From a virus (lineage: Duplodnaviria > Heunggongvirae > Uroviricota > Caudoviricetes), in IMG/VR virus record IMGVR_UViG_3300031998_000001, positions 269,064 through 333,063 of that record: a DNA stretch of 64,000 bases; one strand, given 5' to 3'. A model generated the notes under the pieces. The model searched no databases. It was not told the origin of the DNA and worked only from the letters and a program-made list of their open reading frames with translations. This document shows positions 1 to 9,269 of the stretch, in pieces; within the stretch, counting starts at the first letter, position 1, and the number at the start of each line of letters is the position of its first letter. The position numbers and the translations under genes are program-made.

Positions 1-38
1 ACAAACAACAAAATGTCAAACCAAAAAACACAAACAAA

Positions 39-620
39 ATGAAATCACAAGCAACAAATTCAGGAAAGCCCTCATTTGACGAGGCAGTAAAGGCAGAATC
101 ATTCAAGAACATTGTTCGCAACCTCTGCAAGAAGCACAATAAGATTAACGACCCAGACTGGGAACAAGAGTTTCAAATCGCTCTCTGGGAAGGTATCACA
201 AAGTACAATCCCGAACGCGGTGAGTTCTGGTCTTACATATACTTCGTACTGTCAAGCCGCGCTATCGAACTGGCAGCGAAGGACAGGCTCGTCCAACTTC
301 CACACGACACTATCTGCGGTAATCACGGCAGAGCAGTAGAACGCAATGTCGCGCTCGAACTGAAGGAAGAGGTCATAGCAGATAATGACGACTATCTGGT
401 CGAGGACGCAACGACCGCAATCGCACTCCGTCAGGCTCTCGACAGGCTCACACCGGACGAGAGATACTTAATCGAGGTCAAGTACGGTATGCGAAAGGGC
501 AACGGCGAATACACAGGCGAACAGGTTGACAAGATAGCCGCTGAAATCGGTTACTCACGGTCAAAGTCGTGGAACTTGCACGACAGCGCAGTGTCAAAGT
601 TACGCAAAATGTTACGCTAA
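39..620 (+). CDS. Phage sigma-70-family RNA polymerase sigma factor
   Basis: Region 2-like QE..IALWEGITKYNPERGEFWSYIY and region 4 HTH (ALDRLTPDERYLIEVKYG...IAAEIGYSRS...LRKML). Confidence 0.85.
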   Translation: MKSQATNSGKPSFDEAVKAESFKNIVRNLCKKHNKINDPDWEQEFQIALWEGITKYNPERGEFWSYIYFVLSSRAIELAAKDRLVQLPHDTICGNHGRAVERNVALELKEEVIADNDDYLVEDATTAIALRQALDRLTPDERYLIEVKYGMRKGNGEYTGEQVDKIAAEIGYSRSKSWNLHDSAVSKLRKMLR

Positions 621-632
621 AATTCACAGGCG

Positions 633-875
633 ATGGAAACAAAACTCACTTCACCCATTACAGCAACTCTCCTGCAACCAGACAGACGCTGGGCAGGGGA
701 GTTGGTTGCATCCGAAGTTGAACTTCGGGAGTATGCACGCAACTCGTTCCTGCGCGACAATCATATCAAGTACCGCAAGTATTGCGAGGAGTGGCTCTCT
801 GGGCTTACACCAGAGCAGTGGGAAGGAATTAAGATTTGGAAATATTACGAAGAGTCGGGGAACTTGAAGAAGTAG
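633..875 (+). CDS. Hypothetical protein
   Basis: 80-aa ORF collinear with neighbours. Confidence 0.6.
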   Translation: METKLTSPITATLLQPDRRWAGELVASEVELREYARNSFLRDNHIKYRKYCEEWLSGLTPEQWEGIKIWKYYEESGNLKK

Positions 876-923
876 CACCCCTCTGGCGCATATAAATATA
901 ACGATTATATATTTAATTTTCAA

Positions 924-1229
924 ATGACAACAGAAAAGGAAAGGGAACTTCGGGACAAGATGGTGTCGGTGATAGCCGACATCCTGCCAGAGCGTTTCAA
1001 TGTTCAGGCGGAAATGTGCGTTGAACTTGCCGACAACACGACCGAATATACGGACTGCACGGCGGGCGACAGCCTTGCGTCAGACCTTCTCGTAACCCGC
1101 GTGTATCTTGCGGACGGGAATGTTATGGCGGACTGTCGGGACACTTGCTTCAAGAAGGACTTGCAGATACCGCTCGCCGAGTTCAGCGAGGGCAATGTCG
1201 AGAGTATATTACGGGCTGTGTTATGGTAG
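924..1229 (+). CDS. Hypothetical protein
   Basis: 101-aa ORF downstream of a TATAAATA motif at 891. Confidence 0.7.
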   Translation: MTTEKERELRDKMVSVIADILPERFNVQAEMCVELADNTTEYTDCTAGDSLASDLLVTRVYLADGNVMADCRDTCFKKDLQIPLAEFSEGNVESILRAVLW

Positions 1230-1618
1230 CGGATGCGGTTTCAAGCCTGCGCGGTGAGATACCGCCGAGAGGGGACTACCGCAACTGCGACAACCCCTAC
1301 TTCATAATCAACTTCTTCATTGACGGGAAGTCCGAACCGCTGTACGAACTCGAAGAGATACTCGTGTCATACGAGATTGACGATGTGAGGAAGACACTCG
1401 AAATAGAGTTCCATACATTCGTCCGCGTAGGGAGCAACCCCTGCGAGGCGTTGAAGGACTTTCGGGAACTGAAGATAATTATGTACCGCCTCGACAGGAA
1501 GGGCGAATGCACCGCACGGAGGGAGTTCAACAACTGCCGTGTCCTTTCACACGCCCAGCGCATAATAAAGGGCGGGGTGAGGCGCATAAAGGAGACATTC
1601 GTGTTCTCGTTTGAATAA
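1223..1618 (+). CDS. Hypothetical protein
   Basis: ORF 1145..1618; ATG 1223 overlapping the previous stop is the likely start. Confidence 0.6.
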   Translation: MVADAVSSLRGEIPPRGDYRNCDNPYFIINFFIDGKSEPLYELEEILVSYEIDDVRKTLEIEFHTFVRVGSNPCEALKDFRELKIIMYRLDRKGECTARREFNNCRVLSHAQRIIKGGVRRIKETFVFSFE

Positions 1619-1637
1619 CACTTAACACATATACATT

Positions 1638-2084
1638 ATGAGCAAGGAAGAATATCTACATTCAATCGGGCGGAGAATAGAACGCCTTGATGACATATAC
1701 GAAGGTATAACGACATACCTCATCGGGGAACTCTCGAAGGGGGACAACTGCACGGACGCGGTGGTCGGGAACTTCGACTACAAGGACTGCATATACATCG
1801 TTGCCGACGGGGGCGAGAGGGAGTCCGTCAAGAAAAGGCTCGGCGAGAGGGAGGTAAGGAAGATAATCACATTCAACGAGTGCAGGCGGGAGCGTATGCT
1901 CGGTATGTCGTACCCGTTGCTCGTCAGCCACCGTGCGCTTATGAAGTTTATGAGCAGGTCGCTCGCGCTCGGTGAACTCCGTGTAGCATCGAAGTTGAAC
2001 AAAATCGGCTTTTTCCAACGGCTGAAATTCCTGTTCGGTGGCGAAATCAACGACCTCGTGTCGTTCGACATAGAAGCCATCTGA
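1638..2084 (+). CDS. Hypothetical protein
   Basis: 148-aa ORF with phage-typical codon usage. Confidence 0.7.
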   Translation: MSKEEYLHSIGRRIERLDDIYEGITTYLIGELSKGDNCTDAVVGNFDYKDCIYIVADGGERESVKKRLGEREVRKIITFNECRRERMLGMSYPLLVSHRALMKFMSRSLALGELRVASKLNKIGFFQRLKFLFGGEINDLVSFDIEAI

Positions 2085-2131
2085 CTATAAATAAGCAATA
2101 TATAACAAAAATAACCGTGCTGGATTTTTTT

Positions 2132-2162
2132 CTGAAATCCGTGCGGTTTTCCTATATATTGA
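2132..2162 (+). promoter_or_regulatory. Class A bipartite phage promoter CTGAAAT-N14-TATATATTGA
   Basis: Same motif with exact 14-nt spacing at nine positions upstream of genes in this window. Confidence 0.8.
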
Positions 2163-2185
2163 AATTACAAAGACTACTGCGAACT

Positions 2186-2686
2186 ATGAACGACGACACA
2201 AAGAAACTCATACTTGAAAAGGCAAAGGAGCAGGAGATACTCGGCAACGAATATGTATCGCTGGAACAGGGTGCGAAAATCCTGATAAACGGCGCATACG
2301 GGGCTACTGGAACGCCAGCATTCGGATTCTATGACAGGGACTTCGCGGAGTGCATAACCAAGCAGGGCAAGAACGCCATACTCTATGCGGAAAGGTGCAT
2401 CAACAGTTACTTTATGAACGAGTGGGTACACGATACTGGGCTTCACAGGGCGATGGGCATAGAGGTTCACGGTGAGGTCAAGGGCGAGGTCAGCGTTTAC
2501 ATTGACACGGATTCGCTGGCTGGCGATTCTCTTATAACATTGTCGGATGATGTAATTGCCGTTGAAACGGAACACGGCATCAAAGTCTATCGTATGGACG
2601 ATAAAGTCAAGATACGCCGTAATGATATTGAAATGGAGATTTCGGCATCGGAAATGAAAGACGATGATATGCTAATTGTGGAATAA
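2186..2686 (+). CDS. Family-B DNA polymerase middle fragment (region III to YIDTD) fused to split-intein N-fragment (2513-2683)
   Basis: KILINGAYG (region III), AECITKQG, VYIDTD followed by intein block A-like SLAGDSLITL then a stop. Confidence 0.9.
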   Translation: MNDDTKKLILEKAKEQEILGNEYVSLEQGAKILINGAYGATGTPAFGFYDRDFAECITKQGKNAILYAERCINSYFMNEWVHDTGLHRAMGIEVHGEVKGEVSVYIDTDSLAGDSLITLSDDVIAVETEHGIKVYRMDDKVKIRRNDIEMEISASEMKDDDMLIVE

Positions 2687-3894
2687 TGGGCGGTATGGTG
2701 CATATTACACAGGACATATTGACGGGGCTTGAAGGCAACGGGACGACCAAATGCGAATGCTGCGGCAAATCAATCTGGTATGACACGACAAAGGTGTATA
2801 TGAGAAGCAACGGTACATATGGTAACAAATACGAGGGTACTACATACAGGAGTTCCAAAAACATATATGGTGTGAAGTACCCAATTCGTGTATGCCAAAA
2901 ATGCCTTGAAGAAAAATATCCAGACTTCGCGGATAAAAACAAATCAAGAATATTCAACACATTCAACAAGTATGTGGCGTATGCCTTTGGGATACCTGAT
3001 GAAATAATAAGAAAGAAAAACCAGTCGAGTGCCATTACCCTTGAGAATTGCATAAGAAAGTATGGCGAGGAAAGGGGAACTGAAATGTTCAATGAGTATA
3101 AAAGAAAGCAGGCATATTCCAATACATTCGAGTACAAGAGGGATAAGTTCGGATGGTCAAAGGAGCAGTTTGACAAGTATAACGCTTCAAGGGCTATCAC
3201 AATGTCCAATTTAATAAAACGGCACGGTGATGATGAAGGTATGCGAATCTGGAAGCAATATATCGAAAGGCAATCGTACACATCAACTTCCAAATATTTG
3301 TCCGAAATGTATGACGAATATGACAAGGAAACGATACGGTTGCTGAAATCCTGCAAGTTGGAAGGGTTCATTAGGCGTTATGGTGAAAGTGAAGGGTGTA
3401 GAAGATACGATGATTTTATAAACACCATCACTAAAAGGGATTGCAACACAGACAAGTATCACCAGTCCGAGATTGGCTTTAACTTCTTTGAGAAACTAAT
3501 TGAAAAGTTATCGGAGTCGGGGTGTCATTTCAAATATTATTATGGGGATTGCGAATTTAAGAAATATTCACACATAACGAACTCGTTGTACTCGCTGGAC
3601 TTTTATATACCCGAATTGAATGTTGCCGTTGAATTTAACGGAGACTACTGGCACGCCAATCCAGACATATACGAAGCCGATTGGTTTCACCCAGTAAAGA
3701 AACAATATGCCCGCGACATTTGGAAGCACGACAAGGAAAGGACTGAAGTTATTGAACAGGAATTTGGTATGACGGTATTTGTGGTGTGGGAAAAATCCAT
3801 TCTTACAGCAGAGAATATGGACAATACTATTTGTGAACTTTTAAATAAGATAAGGTATGTATCAGAAAATCAAGAAAATCACAAAAACGAATAA
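2686..3894 (+). CDS. Free-standing homing endonuclease (Vsr/DUF559-like) between the split-intein halves
   Basis: C-terminal YSLDFYIPELNVAVEFNGDYWH motif; repeated (K/R)(Y/H)GxxxG units; AT-richer than flanks. Confidence 0.8.
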   Translation: MGGMVHITQDILTGLEGNGTTKCECCGKSIWYDTTKVYMRSNGTYGNKYEGTTYRSSKNIYGVKYPIRVCQKCLEEKYPDFADKNKSRIFNTFNKYVAYAFGIPDEIIRKKNQSSAITLENCIRKYGEERGTEMFNEYKRKQAYSNTFEYKRDKFGWSKEQFDKYNASRAITMSNLIKRHGDDEGMRIWKQYIERQSYTSTSKYLSEMYDEYDKETIRLLKSCKLEGFIRRYGESEGCRRYDDFINTITKRDCNTDKYHQSEIGFNFFEKLIEKLSESGCHFKYYYGDCEFKKYSHITNSLYSLDFYIPELNVAVEFNGDYWHANPDIYEADWFHPVKKQYARDIWKHDKERTEVIEQEFGMTVFVVWEKSILTAENMDNTICELLNKIRYVSENQENHKNE

Positions 3895-5332
3895 AATTAC
3901 AATCGAGCAGTTGTATGCACTCGGCAGACAGAATATGGGTTCTACCCCGAATGGGCACGAAAGCGTTGACTGCCCGTTCGGTATCCTTAACATAGGCAAT
4001 GACCTGCAAGCATATTACGGAGATGTAAGGCGTGTGATAAGGCACAAGGTCTCGAAGGAAAAGTGGGCTGTTGAGGATTGCTTCGGTAATGTGGTTTTCG
4101 TCACCGGCGACCACTCGCTTATGGTTATGCGCAACGGGGTGCTGGTAAAATCTACCCCGAAGGAGATGTGCGTTGATACCGATATGCTTGTGTCGGTTAC
4201 AGAAGGCGATATTACGGCAAATGGCATCGTGCGATGCGAATGTGTCGGGGTGTTTGACGATGAATATGTATATGATATTGAAATGAACGACGACACGCAT
4301 ACTTTTGTTGCGAACAATATGCTTGTCCATAATTCCTGTTACACATCCTACGACCAGATTATAGCCACTACGGACTGGTGCTACAAGGAGGGTGAGACGA
4401 ACTGGCGCATAAAGTTCCGCAAGCCGAACGACAAGCCTAACGAATACCGATACAGGTATTTCTGCGGGCGCAGGTCGGAGGAGTATGTGAAGCGGATATT
4501 CGGGCTTGACAACAAGGAGAAGGTCGCCGAGTATGAACTCGAAAGGGTGAGGGGCGAGGTAAAGGACTTCGTGCTTCTCATCAACGAACTCAAGATGGAA
4601 AAGTATTTCAGGCTGTGCTTCGACAGGTATGCCGAAATGTTGCAGACGGAGAACTACCTCGACTTTGAACTTGAGACATATTCGGACGCTGGCATCTGGC
4701 TCGCCAAGAAGAAGTATGTGCAGAACTTGCGCTGGAGCGACAAGTTGTCGAAGATTGACTGCTACCCGCCGTACTCGAAGATTAAGGCGAAGGGGATAGA
4801 GATGATACAGGCATCCGCCCCAGCCGCAGCGAGAAAAATCATAAAGAAGATTGTGGTGTGGATGTTCGAGCATCAGGGCTTCACGATAAACGAACTCCGC
4901 GACCAAGTGAAGGAGTGTCGGGCGGTGTTCGACAATTCCGACCCGAACGATATGTGCTGGAACAAGAAGCCCAACGGCTACGGCAACTATGTGCTGAAGG
5001 ACGATGTTGAACTTGTGCTCGCATCAAAGTGCCCGCCCACAATCTCGGCTTGCGCCCTGTACAACTACCTGCTGAAGCACAACGCCAGACTTATGAGCAA
5101 GTACCCGCTTCTTCGGGACGGAAACAAGTACAAGTATTATTACTGCGTGCCGATGCACGGGATTGAGATGTTCGCATACGAGGCTGGGCTTCTCCCGAAG
5201 GAGTTTGCGCCAGCGATAGACAAGGATGCCTGCTTCGAGCACGGGGTGCTCGACCCGCTGAACAGGATTATAACATCAATGGGCTTCAACAAGTTGTCCG
5301 TAAAACTCGAAGCGTTCAACAAGTTGTTTTAG
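3857..5332 (+). CDS. Split-intein C-fragment (3857-4333) fused to family-B DNA polymerase C-terminal palm/thumb
   Basis: Block B TGDHSL, block F/G YVYDIEM...FVANNMLVHN|SCY, then AKKKY and KAKGIEMIQAS polymerase motifs. Confidence 0.92.
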   Translation: MYQKIKKITKTNKITIEQLYALGRQNMGSTPNGHESVDCPFGILNIGNDLQAYYGDVRRVIRHKVSKEKWAVEDCFGNVVFVTGDHSLMVMRNGVLVKSTPKEMCVDTDMLVSVTEGDITANGIVRCECVGVFDDEYVYDIEMNDDTHTFVANNMLVHNSCYTSYDQIIATTDWCYKEGETNWRIKFRKPNDKPNEYRYRYFCGRRSEEYVKRIFGLDNKEKVAEYELERVRGEVKDFVLLINELKMEKYFRLCFDRYAEMLQTENYLDFELETYSDAGIWLAKKKYVQNLRWSDKLSKIDCYPPYSKIKAKGIEMIQASAPAAARKIIKKIVVWMFEHQGFTINELRDQVKECRAVFDNSDPNDMCWNKKPNGYGNYVLKDDVELVLASKCPPTISACALYNYLLKHNARLMSKYPLLRDGNKYKYYYCVPMHGIEMFAYEAGLLPKEFAPAIDKDACFEHGVLDPLNRIITSMGFNKLSVKLEAFNKLF

Positions 5333-5341
5333 GAGGTTCAT

Positions 5342-6127
5342 ATGGAAATCAGGGGAAAGGTACACTGCTTCTTCGAGCAATCGGGAACATTCAAGAACGA
5401 GTTTATCAGGTTGGGGATACCAGCGGAGGACTACGACCTGAAGGACAACTTCGGTCAGACGGATAATGTCGTTGATTTGTTCGATGCGATAGAGGACGCA
5501 TACGAAGGCAAGCCGAGCCTGTTCGACAATATAACGCCAGACGATTTGATATTCGCCTTCTTCCCGTGCATAAAGTTCTGCAATGTGGCGGAGTTCAACC
5601 AGAGTTCAAAGGCTGATGTTATGCGCAGGCACGGCGCGTCGGTAGAAAAGGTGTACGCCTACCTGAAGAAGGAGAGCGACGAGAGGTATTTCTTCTACCA
5701 GAAATGCCTGAAAATGCACGCAGTCGTGGAGATGCGCGGGCTTCGTATGATAATGGAAAACCCGTGGGGCGAACTCAACTACACAAACCACTTCTGGTTC
5801 AAGAAGGTGACGCTGATAGACAGGGACAGGACGAAAAGGGGCGACTACTTCGTCAAGCCCACTGGATACTGGTACACGAACTGCGAGCCGACTATGCTCG
5901 AAACATACCAGCCCGTAGCACCAGAGAAGCGCAAATGGGTGTCGGCTGGAAGTTGGACGGACGATGTGCATAAGTTTACATCGGAGCAGGTGGCGAAGCC
6001 GTCAAGGAAGATGGGCGAGTGTTCGGAGGAACGCTCGCTGATTAGCCCAGACTACGCCCGCAACTTCATCTGCGACTTCGTGCTTGGGATAAGGCAGGAC
6101 GGGATAACGAAAGGCAAACTATTCTAA
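5342..6127 (+). CDS. C5-cytosine methyltransferase-like protein (paralog of 31677-32405)
   Basis: N-terminal VHCFFEQSG, FFPC (motif IV-like PC) and IMENP (motif VI-like). Confidence 0.55.
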   Translation: MEIRGKVHCFFEQSGTFKNEFIRLGIPAEDYDLKDNFGQTDNVVDLFDAIEDAYEGKPSLFDNITPDDLIFAFFPCIKFCNVAEFNQSSKADVMRRHGASVEKVYAYLKKESDERYFFYQKCLKMHAVVEMRGLRMIMENPWGELNYTNHFWFKKVTLIDRDRTKRGDYFVKPTGYWYTNCEPTMLETYQPVAPEKRKWVSAGSWTDDVHKFTSEQVAKPSRKMGECSEERSLISPDYARNFICDFVLGIRQDGITKGKLF

Positions 6128-6149
6128 CGCAATAAATAGATTATATATT

Positions 6150-6605
6150 ATGAAGAATTTTGACGACACCAAGACGGTTGCGAACAACGCGAAACTCGAA
6201 GCCGAGTTCCGTGACGAGCGTGCCGACTGGAATGTGAAGATAGGCGAACTGCTTGACAGCGTGCGCAACAACAGCAGGCTTTCGGAGGCGCAGGCTTTCG
6301 GGCTTTCGTACAGGCAGATGCTCGTGGAGAAGATGACGCAGTACAGGATTGCGATGCACAAGAAGTCTGGCACTTTCGACAAGGTGAAGGTCGAGAGGTA
6401 CAAGCAGTATATGACGGAGGGCGACTACAAACTCACGGCTTCGGAGAGGGCTGACTTCGTTTCCGCAGACCTCTCGGCGGTGAAACTCCAGTTGCAGTTG
6501 CTCCAAGACCAGATAGACTGGATTGCCGAGACATTGCAGACGCTTTCGAGTTTGCAGTTCGCCATAAAGAACAAGATTGAAATCATAAAGGAGGAAATCG
6601 CGTAA
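6150..6605 (+). CDS. uvsY: UvsY-like recombination mediator
   Basis: Helical 151-aa protein with ADL...LQ...FAIKNKIE C-terminus typical of T4 UvsY; replication context. Confidence 0.7.
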   Translation: MKNFDDTKTVANNAKLEAEFRDERADWNVKIGELLDSVRNNSRLSEAQAFGLSYRQMLVEKMTQYRIAMHKKSGTFDKVKVERYKQYMTEGDYKLTASERADFVSADLSAVKLQLQLLQDQIDWIAETLQTLSSLQFAIKNKIEIIKEEIA

Positions 6606-8149
6606 TGATACTCGAAATAAAGCAACGACCAGAAACCAACGACCTCACATTCTCCTATGTTGACAAGAGCGGGGAGATACGGCACTGCGTATGCCCGATT
6701 ATAGACAGGGACAGGAAGATTGACGACAACTTCAACTGGGTGGAATGTTCGGCAAACGACAACCAGAGGATACCCGGCAAGATGAACTGGAACGGAAGGT
6801 GCGTCAAGAGAAGCGTGCATTCCGTATTTGACGCATACGACAAGAGCAAGACTGGCTTCGAGAAACTCACGCAGTCGAGATGTATGGAAATCATACAGTC
6901 GCGGTACGGTGGGGACTTTCTCGATGAGGTCAACTGCTTCAAGATGCCGAAGATGACATTCATTGATATTGAAACTGGTATGAGCGAGGACGGCTTCGAG
7001 CGACCAGAGACCGCTGGTCAGCCAGTCACCGTGATAGGTATGGCTACGGAGAGCCACGAGATAACGGTGTTCGGGACGCGGGTGCTCAACAGGGACGAGC
7101 AGGACAGGATACAGTACCTCATAAACGAGCATACGAAGTCCCTCCCCTCCCAGATACACTTCGACTTCAAGTACAAATACTTCGCGAAAGAGGAGGATAT
7201 GCTTGAATGTTTCTTCAGGGAGATGAAGCATATGGGTATGATAAGCGGGTGGAATGTGGTCGAGTTCGACTGGGCGTACCTCTACAACAGGGGCAGGATA
7301 CTCGGCAAGAACGCCAAGTACCTCGCTGGCGAGTTCAATATGTTGAGCGGAAAGGACAACATACCCACGCACATCCCGATTGTTGACTATATGGAGTGCT
7401 ACCGCAAGTGGGACAGGAGCGTGGAGCAGAAGGAGAACTACAAACTCGACCAAGCGGGCTACGATGTACTGAAAATGCAGAAGGTTCACTTCGACGGCTC
7501 GTTGCAGGACTTGTACGAGAGGGACTTCCCGATGTATGTCTATTACAACGCAATCGACTGCATACTCGTCGAGCAGTTGCACGAGAGGTTGCGCCTTGCC
7601 GACATCGGCTGTACCCTCGCTTGGATTGCGAAGACACCAGTGAACAGGATGATGAGCGTGGTCGCGACAACCGAAGGTGCGCTCACGGACGCATACAGGC
7701 GGAGCGGAAGGGTGGTTGCCGACAGCAAGTGGAAGGCGGGCAAGGACGCGGAGGGCTACGAGGGTGCTTTCGTGAAAGAGCCAGTGGTCGGTCTGCACCT
7801 CTATGTTTCGTGCAACGACTTCGCCTCGCTGTACCCGAACATAATCAGGACGCTGAATATGTCCCCCGAAACATTCTACAAGAAGGTGGACGAGGACGAT
7901 ACGGTCGCAAAGGAGAAGTGGAAGAAGAAGGGCTACATAGTAAGCGAGAGCGGGTGCGTGTTCCAGCCGAACACCACACCGGGCGTGTTCGCCACCCTCA
8001 TCGGCGACCTCTACAAGCAGAGAAAGGCTTTCAAGAAAAAGAGTTATGTCTGCGCGGACAAGCAGAGGAGGCTCGAAGAACTTGCCGAGAGGATAGACCT
8101 GACGGACGAGGAGGCGTTAGCCGAAATGCACAAGATACTCGGCGAATAA
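6605..8149 (+). CDS. Family-B DNA polymerase N-terminal subunit (3'-5' exonuclease + region II)
   Basis: ExoI FIDIET, ExoII GWNVVEFD, ExoIII YNAID, YEGAFV, DFASLYPNII; ends just after KQRKAFK (fingers). Confidence 0.92.
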   Translation: MILEIKQRPETNDLTFSYVDKSGEIRHCVCPIIDRDRKIDDNFNWVECSANDNQRIPGKMNWNGRCVKRSVHSVFDAYDKSKTGFEKLTQSRCMEIIQSRYGGDFLDEVNCFKMPKMTFIDIETGMSEDGFERPETAGQPVTVIGMATESHEITVFGTRVLNRDEQDRIQYLINEHTKSLPSQIHFDFKYKYFAKEEDMLECFFREMKHMGMISGWNVVEFDWAYLYNRGRILGKNAKYLAGEFNMLSGKDNIPTHIPIVDYMECYRKWDRSVEQKENYKLDQAGYDVLKMQKVHFDGSLQDLYERDFPMYVYYNAIDCILVEQLHERLRLADIGCTLAWIAKTPVNRMMSVVATTEGALTDAYRRSGRVVADSKWKAGKDAEGYEGAFVKEPVVGLHLYVSCNDFASLYPNIIRTLNMSPETFYKKVDEDDTVAKEKWKKKGYIVSESGCVFQPNTTPGVFATLIGDLYKQRKAFKKKSYVCADKQRRLEELAERIDLTDEEALAEMHKILGE

Positions 8150-8175
8150 GAAATTAGTTGTTCATACTTTGTTAC

Positions 8176-8210
8176 GGGACGGGATGTGCGCCTGCCTTCC
8201 GTCCCTTTTC
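8176..8210 (+). terminator. Rho-independent terminator
   Basis: GGGACGG...CCGTCCC stem followed by a T-run. Confidence 0.6.
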
Positions 8211-8263
8211 TCGGCATTTATAAATAATGTATATATAGCGATATGACATAAAGGTTTTTGACT

Positions 8264-9166
8264 ATGATAACAATACCCGAAATAAAGGAGGCGAACATAA
8301 TCGAGATACAGGGGACGGACAGCCTCAATGCGAGCCGAATAACAATAAACCACAACTTCCGCTCGGTGAACGGAGTGATAAGGAAGATAATCGGTGTCAT
8401 CGAGGAGGGTGCGCTTGACGGCAACAGCCAGTTCAAGGGTTCGTTCGACAATGTTGACAACTTCATCAACCGCACCGCAGGCGAACTTGGGGACGAGTGG
8501 CAGTACACTGGCTCGGCTACGACCACCATAAGCGACCAGACGCTTTCGCGGGGGGATATTGTCATAGTGAACTCCGTCACAAGCGGAGGTCGGATAAACG
8601 GAGTGCTGGTGGTTTCGGCTAACAGCGGAGGCTCAACGGCAGGGTGCGTGACAAACTCGCAGACACCATCCCCGCTCGAAACGGACACGATAGTTCTCGG
8701 CTCTGGCAGGAACACGGTGAAGCCGTCCGTGTATAAAATATCCGACAATGTTGAGTTTGACAGCAAGATAATACTCACCTCCAGAGCGGTCAACGAATAT
8801 ATAAGGCGAGTCATTGATGAACTTGACGCGGGCACATACGACTTGGCGAAGTATAATGATGTGGACGGTATTCTCCTTATCTACAGGTTGCTCGAAGACA
8901 ACGGCATAATAAAGAATGTTGAGCAAGACCCCGTGAAAGTTCCAATTCTCCGAAAGGTATGTAGAAAAGTTCCGCTCCAATGGAACGAAGACGAGGGCGC
9001 ATATGTCGGCAAATTCAACCACAAACTCGGCAATGAGGTCATAGTCCAGATATATGACGGTGATATGAACTTGATTTCCTGCGGCATAAGGAACACGGAA
9101 GAAAACGGAGGGACTACCGAAATCGCTTCTGGCGACCAAGTGGTGATTGCGTGCGTAATCGGGTAA
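8264..9166 (+). CDS. Hypothetical, probably virion structural protein
   Basis: 300-aa ORF after TATAAATA (8219). Confidence 0.6.
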   Translation: MITIPEIKEANIIEIQGTDSLNASRITINHNFRSVNGVIRKIIGVIEEGALDGNSQFKGSFDNVDNFINRTAGELGDEWQYTGSATTTISDQTLSRGDIVIVNSVTSGGRINGVLVVSANSGGSTAGCVTNSQTPSPLETDTIVLGSGRNTVKPSVYKISDNVEFDSKIILTSRAVNEYIRRVIDELDAGTYDLAKYNDVDGILLIYRLLEDNGIIKNVEQDPVKVPILRKVCRKVPLQWNEDEGAYVGKFNHKLGNEVIVQIYDGDMNLISCGIRNTEENGGTTEIASGDQVVIACVIG

Positions 9167-9167
9167 C

Positions 9168-9197
9168 AAATTTTACGGGCATAAATTTTACGGGCAT
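9168..9197. repeat. Two tandem copies of 15-bp AAATTTTACGGGCAT
   Basis: Directly visible perfect duplication. Confidence 0.85.
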
Positions 9198-9226
9198 AAA
9201 AAAAAGGCGGGGACAACCCGCCTTTT
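9198..9226. terminator. Bidirectional terminator between convergent genes
   Basis: A-run, GGCGGG-loop-CCCGCC, T-run. Confidence 0.75.
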
Positions 9227-9269
9227 AATTTATAATTGAACTGTCCCCTTTATAAATTGTCCGTACTGG

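Noticed and set aside
9168-9197. 15-bp tandem duplication as a regulatory element
   Set aside because: Only two copies next to a terminator, not seen elsewhere; most likely slippage.
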